From: Octopus sinensis
Taxonomy: Eukaryota
Reading direction: 5' to 3'
DNA length: 64,000 nt
NCBI RefSeq assembly: GCF_006345805.1
Contig: NC_043003.1
Span: forward strand, 1,116,001 to 1,180,000
This document shows positions 37,644 through 50,200 of this stretch, piece by piece. How positions within the stretch are numbered: the stretch's first letter is position 1; each line of letters starts with the position of its first letter. The translations under genes were made by a program, and so were the position numbers. The notes beneath the pieces are model-generated. The model worked only from the letters and a program-made list of their open reading frames with translations, made no database searches and had not been told where the DNA came from.

Positions 37644-38515
37644 TCATCATCATTGTTCAACCGTGGTCGAGACAATGGAATTTACTATGTTACGCCAGAC
37701 TTCACGGTCCATCATAGCATTACGGAGGTCCTGTTGCTGGATGCCTGTATCCCTGGAGATTACATCAGGGTAGGAGAGTGTGCGCCCTCTGGTATTGCGA
37801 GTAGATGGCTTCCAGAGGAGAAGAGTAGAAATTACTTCTTTTTCAGCTCTACAACAATGTCCAGCAAACTGGACTCTCCTACCTTTCACAAGAGATGACA
37901 CAGGTGGTAATTTCCCATATATTTGCATTTTGGTTGGATGGCGCTTCCACGAGAGATTTTGAGCTCTCATAAGGAGGCGAGTGTAGGTTCCATCCAACCG
38001 CCTCTCAAGCTTCTTTGATAACGTCCAGGTTTCTGAGCCATATAGTAGAATTGGTTCGACTGTGGCTTTGAAGATTTCAAGTTTGAAGTCTCTACTTAGA
38101 TTTGATGACCAGATCTTATGCATGTCATTACAGGCTGACCAGGCCATACCCTTTCTAGTTAGAAAGTCTTTTCCAGATGATGATATGTATGACCCAAGAT
38201 ATTTATAATCAGAAACCATATTTAAGGGCGCATTGTTGAGAGTATGGATGATGCAATCACTGTTGGACAGGCACTTGTTTATGTATTCAGTTTTGGCCTC
38301 ATTGAGGTAAAGACCTACACAATTTGAGGCTTGTTCAAGAGATTGTAAAAGAGACTGGGCATTGGAGAGAGAATCACTGATAAGAGCGATGTCGTCAGCA
38401 AAGTCAGTGTCTGTCAAGTACTCAGCTGGGTGTCTGGAACTTCTTCTTGGTTTTATTTCAAAGCCCTTGCCAGAGATGGTATCAACTGACATACGTAGCA
38501 CATAATCAACAACAA
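37644..38515 (-). mobile_element. 5'-truncated RTE-clade LINE inserted in a SINE A copy, with TSD TAAGCA and (TGA)n tail
   Basis: The open 290 aa frame has DFADDIALIS, YKYLGS, VEPILLYGSETWTL and FAGHC. TAAGCA occurs at 37638-37643 and 38516-38521, and the SINE A sequence continues across the insertion. Confidence 0.92.
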
Positions 38516-38574
38516 TAAGCACTTCACCCGGCGTCCTAACGTTTCTGCCAGCTTGCTGCCTTACTTTTAGAATA

Positions 38575-38985
38575 ATATTCTTTTCTACTCTAGGCGCAAG
38601 GCCCGAAATTTTGGGGGAGGATCCCAGTCGATTAGATCGACCTCACTGCGCAACAGGTACTTCATTTATCGACCTAGAAAGGATGAAAGGCAAAGTCGAC
38701 CTCGGCGGAATTTGAACTCAGAACGTAACGGCAGACGAAATACCTATTTCTTTACAACCCATAAGAGGCTAAACACAGAGAGGACAAACAAGGACAGACA
38801 AACGGATTAAGTCCATTATATCGACCCCAGAGCGTAACTGGTACTTATTTAATCGACCTAGAAAGGATGAAAGGCAAAGTCGACCTCGGCGGAATTTGAA
38901 CTCTGAACATAACGGCAGACGAAATACTGCTAAGCATTTCGCCCGGCGTGCTAACGTTTCTGCCAGCTCGCCACCTTTATACAGT
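38575..38985 (-). mobile_element. SINE family A dimer
   Basis: Two cores joined at GAAATAC|CTATTTC (38743/38744). Confidence 0.85.
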
Positions 38986-39269
38986 GATATATTATCCAAC
39001 GTATGAAGACGCTGAGCTTACTGGTTAGGAGGTTCAGCTCACGGTCGTAAGATCGGGAGTTCGATTCCCAGCGGCGCATTTTATTCTTGAGCAAGATACT
39101 TTTTTTTCACGTTGTTTCAGTCCACTCAACCGCTAAAAATAAGTCGTTCCAAGGACCGGCCTCATCACATTCTCAATCACCCTGAGACTTACGTTGAGGG
39201 TAAAATGTGTGTTTGGGGCAGGCTCAATTACAAGCACGTTCGTTTCGTCGTCGAAACCGACGGAGGAAG

Positions 39270-40065
39270 AGCTCTTTAAATGTACGCATGTGTGTAAGAT
39301 TGTGTGTGTATGCATGCATGTATATATGTAATGCATGCATATATGTATGTATGCAAGCAAACATGCGTGTATGTAAGTATGCATGTAAGCATGCATACAT
39401 GTATGTGTGTCTATGTATGTATTATGTATGAACGTATTTATGTATGTATGCATGCTTGTATGTATATGTGTATGCATGCGTGTATGTATGTATGCATGCA
39501 TGTATATGTGTGTGTATGTATGTATTATGTATGTATTCATGCGTGTTTGTATGCATGTATGTATGCATGCATGTATATGTATATGCATGTATGTATTTGT
39601 GTATGCATACGTTTGTATGTATATGTTTCAGCATGTATGTATGCATGCACGCATGCATGTTTGTATGTAACCATGCACGCATGCATGTATGTGTGTGTAT
39701 GTATGTATTATGTATATATGTATGTATTTATGTATCCATGTATGCGTGTTTGTATGTAAGCATGCATGTCTGTACGTAAGCATGCATGCATCTATGCATA
39801 TGTGTGTATGTATGTATTATGTATGTATTTATGTACGCATACATGTATGCGTGTATGGATGTATGATGTATGTATACATGTTTGTATGTAAGCATGCATG
39901 CATGTATGTATGTGTCTGTATGTATGTTTTCATGTATGTATATCTATTTACGTATAGGTAAATATGTATGTATGTATGTATGTATGTATGTGCATATCTA
40001 TGTACGTATGTATATGTATGTTCTTTAGAGCGTATGTACGTATGTATTGTGCGAATATAATATAT
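39270..40065. repeat. Degenerate (TGTA)/(TGCA) tetranucleotide tract
   Basis: Seen directly. Confidence 0.93.
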
Positions 40066-40673
40066 AGTTTTCTAGTCACTAGAATGTTTCTTCGATGTAT
40101 TTTTTCAACACACCTTCCCAATATTTTGTGCATTTGATAAATGGAAACCAATTCAACCGACAGCAAAAAAAAAGAAAAGAAAACAGGAAATAAAAACAAG
40201 AACAAAAGCAAAAAGAGCAGAGATAAAATTGATTGTTTAAAATAAAACCAGCAGAGTGTTTTGGGTTTTTTCTTTTTGACAAATTATTTAAACAAAATTT
40301 CCACCCGTAGCACCTGCTGTCAGTGAATAAAGTAATAAATAAATAAACACGCAGATAAATGAACAAACTGGTAAATAACTAAATGGCGGTTTGTGGATGG
40401 CTTCACATCCGTTCTTCACATAAGTTTTATACGCGCGCGCACGTGCACACGCATACATACATTTAAAAATACACGCGCACATATATTATATAAATATACA
40501 TATAAAAATATATACATTTATGAATATATACATATATGTTTGGGGGTGGGAGGTTGTGTTTGTGTGTGTGTGTGTACATATATATTTATATATATATATA
40601 TATATATATATACACAATAGATATATATGTGTGTAGGGTGTGTGTCTGTGTGTGTTGGGGTGTTGTGTGTGTG

Positions 40674-40708
<35 letters not shown>

Positions 40709-40715
40709 ATGTTTG

Positions 40716-40750
<35 letters not shown>

Positions 40751-41642
40751 ATGTGTGTGTTTGTGTGTATTAACGCAAGAAATTTCACGTGGGTCCGGCA
40801 GGGGGTGGTGGCGAACTTTGCTGTAATCTTTCTCTTACATTTTCTTCTTGTTTCTGTTGCCCCCGTATTTCAAAGGGGCCAGCCTTGCCACACACTGTGT
40901 CATGCTGAATCTCCCCGAGAACTACATTTAGGGTACACGTGTCTGTGGAGTGCTCAGCCACTTTCACGTTAATTTCACGAGCAGTCAGTCTGTTCCATTT
41001 ATCAGATCAACTGGAACCCTCGTCGCCGCAACCGACGGAGTGCCACGATTATGTTATTACATGTTCTGTAACAGAAACTGAACGCAAAATTTCTCAACAA
41101 CTTCCCTATAACGTATGTCGTTTCTTTTTTGCCATTCATTAGCCAATCCCACGCAGCATGTTATTTTTAAAAATTAGATAAATCACCAGATTAATTTAGT
41201 TCCTTCGGTCCAGTTTTAGATATGATAAGTTGGACTTCGAACCTGTCGCTGTGAAACTCACCTTGAATAATTTTATCACAAAATTTCGTGCCTTTCCATT
41301 AATTTGTTTACCGAGTTACAACATTCTTTAAAACCACTGTCAACAAAATTATCAGTGGTGAAAAATGTTTCCTATGAGAAACGATATATGTTTCAGACAA
41401 GTATTTTATCATTGTGTGTGAAGACTAGAGATAAATCATATCGTATGTTCATACCGTGGCCAATAGATTTATAGCGGGAAGGGAAAAACGTACGAATACT
41501 GGAGTTATAAACATGAATCTGCAGTTAAGAAATTCGCATCGCAACCAAACGGCTTTGGATTCGATCCTAAAGCGTAACCTTTTGGATTACCGTATATTTC
41601 GGTTGACGAATGCTTTGCGAGTGAACCTATATATAAGGAAAC

Positions 41643-41875
41643 TAGGCGGTGAGCTGGCAGAAACGCTAGCGTGCCGGGCGAAATGCGTAGCCGTATTTCA
41701 TCTGCCGTTACGTTCCGAGTTCAAATTCCGCCGAGGTCGACTTTGCCTTTCATCCTTTCGGGGTCGATAAATTAAGTACCAGTTACGCACTTGGGTCGAT
41801 GTAATCAACTTAATCCGTTTGTCAGTCCTTGTTTGTCCCCTCTGTGTTTAGCTCCGTGTGGGTAGTAAAGAAATA
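41643..41875 (+). mobile_element. Full-length SINE family A monomer
   Basis: Near-consensus copy ending GGGTAGTAAAGAAATA(TA)n. Confidence 0.88.
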
Positions 41876-42162
41876 TATATATAAGGAAACAGTGCGGAAG
41901 CACATCGTATAATATGTCTGTGATAGGTGCGGAGTTGGAGGGGGGGCGGCTTGTTTTATTTCATTTTACGCCACAGAATTATATTTTATCATTCGTTAAA
42001 CACTTTGTACTCAACTGGAATTGCAGATTACCCAGCAACAGATTAATCTATTGTTAGTCTTCTGCACTAATCATGGATTACTTAACCGTCCCCTCTGCGG
42101 GATTCCGTTTCGCCAATTAATGGCCGGCTTCAAGCTGATTTCCTTTATTCTTTGTCGTTCCT

Positions 42163-42404
42163 TACAACCAATACAACACACACACCAACACACACACTCA
42201 CACATACATACATGCATACATGCTTACATACATACACACACACATACATACACACACATACATACACACACACACACACACTTACATACATACATACATA
42301 CATACATACACACACACATACATACACGCATGCATACATACATACATACATACATACACACACACATACATACATACATACATACCACACACACACACAC
42401 ATAC

Positions 42405-42435
<31 letters not shown>

Positions 42436-43153
42436 CATACATACATACATACATACATTCACATACATACATGCATACATACATACACATACATACATGC
42501 ATACATACATACATGCATACATACATACATTCACATACACACATACACACACACACTACATACATGCATACATACATACATACATACATACACAATGCAT
42601 ACATACATACACATACATACATACACAACACCCACACCATACATACATACATACATACATACATACCTACATACATCACATACTACATACATACATTACA
42701 TACATACATACATAATACATATATTACATACATACATACATACATACATACATTCACACATACATACATACATTCACATACATACATTCACAATACATAC
42801 ATACATACAACATACATACATACATATCATACATTACATACATATACATACATACATACATACATAATACATACATACATACATTCACAAATACATACAT
42901 ACATACATACAAATAATTAATACATAATTACATACATACATTCACATACATTACATACATACATACATACATACTACACAACAACATACATACATACATA
43001 CATACACACATACATACATACCACATACATTCACATACATACACACACATTACATATATACATACATACATACCACAACATACATACATTCACACATACA
43101 TACATACATACATGCTACATACATACATACATACATACATACATACATTCACA

Positions 43154-43184
<31 letters not shown>

Positions 43185-43392
43185 CATCCATACATACATT
43201 ACATACCTTCACATACATACATACAACATACATACAGACATACATATACATACATACATACATACATTCACATACATACATACATTACATACATACATTA
43301 CACAACACCACATACATACATACATACATACACACATACATAACATACATAATCATTACATACATACATACCTACATACATCTTACATACAA

Positions 43393-43423
<31 letters not shown>

Positions 43424-44273
43424 CATCACATACATACATACATACATACATTCAATACATACCTACACATACAACATACATACATACATACATACAAATA
43501 CATACATACATACATACATTCACATACATACATACATACATACAACATACATACATACATACATTACATAATACACAAACATACATCATACATACAAAAT
43601 ACATAACATACATACATACATACATACATACATACATACATTCAATACATACATACATACATACATACATAACATACATTACCTACATGCATACATACAG
43701 ACATACATACATACATCCTACATTCTTCACATACATACATACATACATTCACATACATACATACATACATACATACATACATACAGACATAACTACATAC
43801 ATACATACTACATACATACATACAACATACATACATACATACATACATACATACATACACCCACATACATACATACATACATACATACATACATTCACAT
43901 ACATACATACATACATACATACATACACACAACATACATACACACACACACACATACATACATACATACATACATACATACATACATACATTCACATACA
44001 TACATACATACATACATTCACATACATACATACATACATACATACATACAGACATACATACATACATACATACATACATACAGACAGACATACATACATA
44101 CATACATACATACATACATACATACATACAGACATACATACATACATACATACACACACACATACATACATACACACACACATACATACATACATACATT
44201 CACATACATACATACGTACATACATACATACATACATACATACATACATACAGACATACATACATATATACAT

Positions 44274-44308
<35 letters not shown>

Positions 44309-44480
44309 TACATACACGCATGCATACAGACATACATACATACATACATACATACATACATACATACATACATACATACATACATACACACATGCATACA
44401 TACATACACATAGATACATACATACACACACACACATACATACATACATTCACATACATACATACATACATACATACATA
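42163..44480. repeat. About 2.3 kb (TACA)n microsatellite/simple satellite
   Basis: Seen directly, with CA, TTCA and GACA variants. Confidence 0.97.
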
Positions 44481-44712
44481 CAAAGGAATGTTCGAAAGTT
44501 CCTGGCTTTGGGTTAAAGAAAATACAGGAGGACCACTGCAACATATCCCCCTCCCAGATCCACACACCCATTGCAGCGGTCCTTGGAAGGGTGTGTGAAT
44601 CTAGGAGGGGAATATGTTGCAGTGGTCCTTGCAAGAACTCGGAAGGGTGGGCCTCCAGCCAGGCTTTCGCGACACCCTTAAAGCCAAGAATTTTTTCAGT
44701 CCCCACCCCTCG
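44481..44712. mobile_element. Mariner-type MITE with TA target sites and internal hairpin
   Basis: Ends CAAAGGAATGTTCGAAAGTTCCTGGCTT and AAGCCAAGAATTTTTTCAG..CCCCTCG are flanked by TA. An internal 41 bp inverted repeat lies at 44529-44569/44589-44629. Confidence 0.7.
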
Positions 44713-44728
44713 TACATTCATACATATA

Positions 44729-45132
44729 CCGTATATACTCGGCTATAAGTTGCACTTTTTTCCCTGAAATTCTCACCTAAAGTTAATGGTACGACTTATA
44801 AGCGCAGCCTATAAAAAACATTTTCAGTTATTTTCTACAAACAAGCCATGTCTGAAGTTCCGAAAAGGATAAAATTTTACATTATAAACAACGGTTAGTA
44901 AAATGCATAGACTTAATGGAATAACAATTGTTGGAGGTCTTCTTCGGCTTTCTGAGAGCTCGGTTACCAAACAGCAACTATGTCGGTGCGATTCCTAATC
45001 GAACTTTGCTATCCAGCATGAAAAAAGTTGCTACGACTTATAGTCAGGTCAATGATAAAATTCCCGATTTGAACCTTGTAAGTCGGGGGTGCGTCTTATA
45101 GGCGGGGGCGTTTTATAGTCGAGTATATACGG
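44729..45132. mobile_element. Tc2-like (TcMar) MITE
   Basis: TIRs CCGTATATACTCGGCTATAA / TTATAGTCGAGTATATACGG, TA on both sides, no ORF. Confidence 0.82.
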
Positions 45133-45541
45133 TACAGAGCAAGCAAAACGAAGGCAGGAAAGTTTGTTTGTAAAATATTTGGCCACCACATATTTTATGA
45201 ACGAACGCTCCCGTTTCCTTTTGCTTTCTATATATATACGGACTCTGTGATTCCCAACTGTAGTTTCCGAGTAAATGAAACTCAGACCATAATACGTGCC
45301 TTCCTTCTCGCAGATTTCATTTTACAAAAGCAGGCGAGAGAAGTGGTTGCGTGGTTAAGAAACTTGCTTTGTAACCACATGGTTTTGGGTTCTGTCTCAC
45401 AGCGCGGCACATTTAGCAAGTGTCTTCTAAAATAAGTGCCGATAAATGCCTTGTGATGGAAAGCCAGTCCGTCGCACGTGTGTGTATATATATTATATAT
45501 ATATATATATATAATATATATATATATATATACTATATATA

Positions 45542-45595
<54 letters not shown>

Positions 45596-45612
45596 ATATA
45601 TATATTCTTTAT

Positions 45613-46015
45613 AGGCACAGGAGTGGCTGTGTGGTAAGTAGCTTGCTTACCAACCACATGGTTCCGGGTTCAGTCTCACTGCGTGACACCTTGGGAAGTT
45701 TCTTCTACTATAGCCTCGGGCCGACCAAAGCCTTGTGAGTGGATTTAGTAGACGGAAACTGAAAGCATCCCGTCGTATATATATAAATATATATGTATGT
45801 GTATGTATGTGTATCTGTGTTTGTACCCCCACTATCTCTTGATAACCGATGCTGGTGTGTTTACGTCTCCGTAACCTAGCGGTTCGGCAAATTAGAACGA
45901 TAGAATAAGTACTAGGCTTACAAAGAATAAGTCCTGGGGGCGATTTGCTCGACTAAAGGCGATGCTCCAGCATGGACGCAGTCAATGACTGAAACAAGTA
46001 AAAGAATAAAAGAAT
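45613..46015 (+). mobile_element. Complete bipartite SINE B
   Basis: Head, short (TA)/(TGTA) spacer, and tail ending GACTGAAACAAGTAAAAGAATAAAAG. Confidence 0.88.
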
Positions 46016-46130
46016 AATTTACACTTTATCTTTGATCTCGTTTCATTGGACTGTTGCCATGCTGGAGCACCGTCTTGATGGGTTTTAATCGAACCAACTG
46101 ACTCCAGGACTTATTTTCGAGTTGTTTACT

Positions 46131-46161
<31 letters not shown>

Positions 46162-46197
46162 TATATATAATATATATATATATCTATATATATATAT

Positions 46198-46244
<47 letters not shown>

Positions 46245-46639
46245 TATGTAAACAGCGTTAGCGGTTATAGTAATCGATTAAGGGATAAAATATCCGTAAT
46301 TCGCAAGACTGCATTTTGGAAATCCGATCGGTAACAGCTGTTACGTCATCTATTTTGTTACGTCATGCTTTGTATTAAAAAATAAGCTATAACTGTGGTC
46401 CAGTCGATATGTTGATTGATCTGCGGTTTCCTTCATTTTCTAATTATTTGCATTATATGTATTATATTATATAATAGGAATGGAGAAACCAAGGAGGATA
46501 TTGGTTGTACCTCGTTATCGGAGCTGAAAAGCAGCCGGTTATAAGAATCATTCTAAGAAAAAGAATCGTTTTAACCGAAGCATTTACATATTGGAGTAAA
46601 AATCCTTTGGGACATGAGCCTGCTTCTTCCTATTTCTTT

Positions 46640-47040
46640 ATTGCCGACAAGGGGCTAAACATAGAGGGGAGAAACTAGGACAGACAAAGGGATTATGTCG
46701 ATTACATCGACCTCAGTGCGTAACTGGTACTTAATTTATCGACCCGAAAGGATGAAAGGCAAAGTCGACCTCGGCGGAATTTGAACTCAGAATGTAACGG
46801 CAGACGAAATACCTATTTCTTTACTACCCACAAGGGGCTAAACATATAGGGGGAAAACAAGGACAGACAAACGGATTAAGTCGATTACATCGAGTCCAGT
46901 GCGTAACTGGTACTTATTTAATCAACCCCGAAAGGATGAAAGGCAAAGTCGACATCGGCGGAATTTGAACTCAGAACGTAGCGGCAGACGAAATACTGCT
47001 AAGCATTTCGCCCGGCCAACGTTTCTGCCAGCTCGCCGCC
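46640..47040 (-). mobile_element. SINE family A dimer
   Basis: Junction GAAATAC|CTATTTC at 46812/46813. Confidence 0.85.
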
Positions 47041-47446
47041 GCCTTCTTCTGTAAACGTGAAACGTTTTTTAACGAGTTCAATGATTTAATAACGAATTAT
47101 TTCACATTCCTCGAGAGAAGGTTCGAAACTCTGATGACATGAACAACAACAACAACAACAACAAAATGACGAAATAACAATGACGACGACGACTATGATG
47201 ATGAAGAAGAAGAGGAGGAATGAAGGAGGAAACAGAGGATTTCTTTCATTGGTTTCAAGGGCCCAAGACATTGAGGATGACATCAAAAACCGAAACAACA
47301 CAACAAAAGTCTGGGGCTTACATCGATCAAAAGGGGAAAACAACAACAACAACAAGGATGTAATAAATAATAATAATAGATATAGAATTCAGAAAACTTA
47401 ATGGGGACAGTTCACCCGGGGTAAATGGGGAAATGACAATAATAAT

Positions 47447-47982
47447 AGTACCAGGCAGCGGCTCTCATGGCTTCTGATCTTAACTGATTGGATGTGTTAT
47501 CATGTACATTGTTTTGTCTTGGTATAAAAGATGGGTTTTACAACAAATATTCTGCTCAATGCCACAGATTTGCTTGTCAGTTGTTTGACAGTGGAGCATG
47601 TCCCTTAGTGGCTGATATGTGCATCTCTGATCACGAGCAGAAGTAGTGGGGAAGCATCATAGTCATGTGTTGAGAGGGATTCTTTGGGGTTTGGATAATT
47701 CACCTTCGGGAACAGGGGTGTTTCGTTCAACATCCTTAAGCAACCCTTATTCAGGGACCTTTTGAGCGGGATGGGCTACTCGACCAGAACAAAATTCTAA
47801 CTGGGGCCCACCTGCAAGGTCATGTGCTGTTTATCTTGATATGAGATCACAATGTCGCGCACATATGGTTGTGATGCATGTGCCCAGTGTACCCTTATCA
47901 GACGGGTAGTCATGTTGGGTATACTGAGCTTTGTATATTTTATCCCAGTGTCACTTGGATAGCATGCACTGCTCTCTCACTC
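47447..47982 (+). mobile_element. Second copy of the 555 bp (TAA)n-associated element
   Basis: Colinear with 6131-6685 and followed by (TAA)n. Confidence 0.82.
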
Positions 47983-48066
<84 letters not shown>

Positions 48067-48067
<1 letters not shown>

Positions 48068-48375
48068 GGGAAGAAAGAAAAGTTGATATATATGATAGGT
48101 TAGCTTGGAAGATTAAGCAGTTGTGGTCGATGAAAAAGGTAGTAATATCAATAATTGTCAGAACCCTGGGAACAGTGAGTAAAAGTACTAAGAAGTACAT
48201 GGAACAAATAGGGGCTGCAATAAGGGTGGAGCACTTGCAGAAAACAATACTGCTTGGAAACGCTCGAATACTCCGGATGGTGCTCGGAAAATAAGGGGTG
48301 TTACCTTAGTTCACTGGAAGTGAACAGGTGACACCGTAGTACATCTCCAGCGTTAGAAGCTGTGCAAAGGCAATG
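48067..48375 (+). mobile_element. R4/Dong 3' fragment in (TAA)n
   Basis: KVDIYDRLAWKIKQLWSMKKVVISIIVRTLGTV..LQKTILLGNARILRMVL* plus a 3' UTR. Confidence 0.75.
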
Positions 48376-48383
48376 ATAACAAT

Positions 48384-48414
<31 letters not shown>

Positions 48415-48449
48415 GCAATAATAATAATAATAGTAATAATAATAATAAT

Positions 48450-48595
48450 CGGGGCACAGACAACCATGTTCGAGAACTATGTCAGAGAAATCGGAATTGA
48501 CATGAGAGCAGAACAAGCCCCCAAAACTGCTCTGCTGGGAATAGCTAAGGGTTTTGAGATTGGAACTTGGATGTTGAATATCTCCCACGATAATT
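48450..48595 (+). mobile_element. R4/Dong 3' fragment (second family)
   Basis: GAQTTMFENYVREIGIDMRAEQAPKTALLGIA, following (TAA)n. Confidence 0.6.
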
Positions 48596-48948
48596 AACAA
48601 CCAGGTATCAAAGCCTTAATGTGCAGAAAGAGACCCTATGACACCTCTGACAGCAGCTTGCTGCCCGCTTTCACAGAATCTACCAGAACAGACAAGAGCG
48701 AACGTTCCGAAAAGTAAAACAATAATAATTAAAATAATTTCAAATTTTAGTACAAGGCCAGTAATTTAGGAAGAGGGGGCTTCGTCGATTGCATCGACCC
48801 CAGAACTCAGCTGGTCATTATTTTATCATCTCTGAAAGGGTGAAAGGCAAAGTCGACCTCGGTGCAAATAGAACGCAGAATGTGAAGACAGACGAAATGC
48901 CGCTAAGCATTTTACCCGGCGTGCGAACATTCTACCACCTCGCCGCCT

Positions 48949-48982
<34 letters not shown>

Positions 48983-49410
48983 GGTGGTGGTGGTGGTGGT
49001 GGTGGTGGTGGTGGTGATGATGATGACGACGACGCAGGCTTAAATGCAATAACATTGCAGAGCATAATTAACTGGCAAGGATAAAAAAACTCACTCCCAA
49101 AACAATAGAACCGATGCTGCCAAATGCGCGCGAGTTTCTAATGATCAACATCGGCATAACTGAAGATTGTTTAAGAAAGTCGACGGGTTTAAAAAGGTTT
49201 TTGTCAGGTACATCAAACATTTCATGAATAAAAGAACAAACAATTGTATAGCTACAAACAAAAGAAGGAATTTAAAAACAAATCTCATTTCCATTCGAAG
49301 AAGAATATTCTGAAGGAAATTCCTTCGTTCTACTTTCCTTCCTGGCGTTAATACTTTTAACCTACATTTTAAACTGGATTGAACTCGTTTACAAATCACA
49401 CATGATGACA

Positions 49411-49530
49411 GTTAGTTATCTTTTGTATATGGATGACCTCAAGTTGTTTGCTACGAATGTTAAACAACCAAAAACATTGCTGCGGACGATACAGTTCGAC
49501 GGAATGTTTACTGGGAAATTCGACTTAAGA
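49411..49530 (+). pseudogene. R4/Dong-type RT active-site relic
   Basis: VSYLLYMDDLKLFA resembles the HLLYMDDLKL motif of R2/R4-group RTs. Confidence 0.65.
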
Positions 49531-50169
49531 ACATTTTGAAGAGAGAACCATTAATTCAAAAAATAGCAATGTTATGTTAGATAAAGAAAGAGAAGAGAGT
49601 TGAACCAATTACAGACTTAGAAATGTTACCATAACAACGCACACAAGTGAGAGAACATGCTGTTAGGAAGAACTGTTCTTAGATTAATATCTGAAACAGC
49701 ACGAAATGCAATAATTATAATAATAATAATAATAATAATACTTTCTACTGAAGGCACAAGGCCTCAGATTTGTGGGGAGGGGACTAGTCGATCACATCAA
49801 CCCCAGTGTTTCACTGGTACTTAATTTTATCGACCTCGAAAGGATGAAAGGCAAAGTCGACCTCGGCGGCATTTGAACTCAGAACGATGCGGCAGACGAA
49901 ATGCTGGTAAGCATTTCGCCCGGCGTGCTAACGATTCTGCCATCTTGCCGCCTTAATAATAGTAATGATGATGATGATGATGATGATAATAATAATAATA
50001 ATAATAATAATAATATATAATAATAATAATATAATAATAATAATAATAATAATAATATAATGATGATGATGATGATGATGATGATGAGATGATGATGATG
50101 ATGATGATGATAATAATAATAATAATAATAATATAATAAATATAATAATAATAATAATAATAATATATA

Positions 50170-50200
<31 letters not shown>

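Noticed and set aside
38516-38522. Start codon of the 290 aa RTE ORF as a real gene start
   Set aside because: It lies in the TSD and flanking SINE; the element is 5'-truncated inside RT.
39133-44721. Many YIHT/MYVC-repeat ORFs up to 303 aa
   Set aside because: They arise from stop-free (TACA)n/(TGTA)n tracts.
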